DNA of 64,000 nt from positions 100,316,001 to 100,380,000 of the forward strand of contig NC_043005.1 in NCBI RefSeq assembly GCF_006345805.1, read 5' to 3'. Below are positions 63,041-64,000 of the stretch, one piece after another. Within the stretch, counting starts at the first letter, position 1. The number at the start of each line of letters is the position of its first letter. This stretch comes from Octopus sinensis (Eukaryota). Below the pieces are notes generated by a model that saw nothing but the letters and a program-made list of their open reading frames with translations, ran no database searches and was not told where the DNA came from. Both the position numbers and the translations under genes were made by a program.

Positions 63041-63389
63041 CTTTTTTCTCTACATTGTATACTTTATAGACAATAGTCTTTTCTTTAATTTAATTTTTTA
63101 TTATCCATCTGGACTATTCCATTTCTGCATGCTAATTTTATTTTTAATTTATTCCCATTCATGTGAAACCACTTATTCAAGTTCAAGTCATTGATGCAAT
63201 TTTATACTAATTGCTATTTTTACATTTTTTTTATGTTACGATTATATTATACTTTAGTTTGATTATAATTATTACTTACTACATATAATTCAATTGTTAT
63301 TATTATTTTTTTGTTAAAGTGAAAGTATCTGACATAAAATAGAGAAATGTTTTTGTTTCACTTTTAACACGTAATACTGAAATAGTGGA

Positions 63390-63531
63390 GAAGATATGAT
63401 ATTGCTATGGGCTCGCTCTAGGCAAGAAGTTGAACATTTTTTTTGCCTATGAAGCTACATGGACCCTAAGTAAGGCATGTGTAAAATTTGAATGAAATTG
63501 GTTGTGTAGTTCTCAAGTTTTAGGGAAACAC

Positions 63532-63562
<31 letters not shown>

Positions 63563-63586
63563 TTCTCAGTTTTATATATATAAAGA
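63390..63586 (-). mobile_element. Helitron-like element 5' part with (GACA)n
   Basis: Minus strand A|TCTTTATATATATAAAACTGAGAATG(TCTG)n, same layout as the 56004-56375 5' end; 3' end not found. Confidence 0.5.
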
Positions 63587-64000
63587 TAGCACCCAGTACA
63601 TAGACTACGGACATGATGAGGCACTGCTTTGAATTATGAATTATTTTCAGTCAAATGAATCGACCCCAGTGGTCAATCCTTAATTCATATCTGGCACTTC
63701 AACTTAATTTATATGAACCAATACAATATATTGTTATTTTACTGACCAAAATTAATCTAATTTTGTCTAGTTTCAACTTTCCATACATTGTGAAGAGGAA
63801 AATTTGGGTGTGTATATTTAAAATAAACATGATGTTCTGGTGATCTGATAAGCTAGCTAGATTTATTTGCATTACTTTGTGAATATTTTGTAATGCTGAT
63901 CATACATATTAACACAAATATGTAGGCATAATTTTTTCCATACTGAAATTAATATTATATTACACGAAAAGAGTAGGGAAATAGCTGTAATACAATGGAA

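Overview
This is a 64-kb AT-rich eukaryotic window that is almost entirely non-coding and repeat-derived. The repeat set (several tRNA-headed SINE families, RTE LINE 3' ends with (GAT)n tails, Dong/R4 LINEs, Penelope-like elements, mariner/hAT MITEs, non-autonomous Helitrons, very long (TA)n tracts) looks like an octopus/coleoid cephalopod genome; that is inference from repeat recognition, not a database result. No host gene can be named. A few short minus-strand segments with canonical splice sites and one 149-codon open frame may be exons of a large-intron gene. Most ORFs in the supplied track are microsatellite artefacts. Recognisable coding relics are all transposon-derived: a near-complete but frameshifted Penelope-like RT + GIY-YIG element (about 52.5-55.9 kb), an RTE ORF2 C-terminus with a PHD-type finger (24.3-25.5 kb), Dong/R4 endonuclease ends, mariner and DD37D transposase fragments, and L1/Tx1-like ORF1 pieces. 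The best leads are: (1) an apparently ORF1-only L1/Tx1-like element whose 3' tail is shared with a LINE end and with the commonest SINE here; (2) a 507-bp TG..CA TIR element carrying a degenerate telomeric array and flanked by a 6-bp AGGGTT duplication; (3) decayed minimal hammerhead ribozymes; (4) foldback elements whose two arms share copy-specific variants. SINE A-D and element X are my own working labels. Repeat boundaries were set by eye and are approximate unless a TSD or terminus is quoted.
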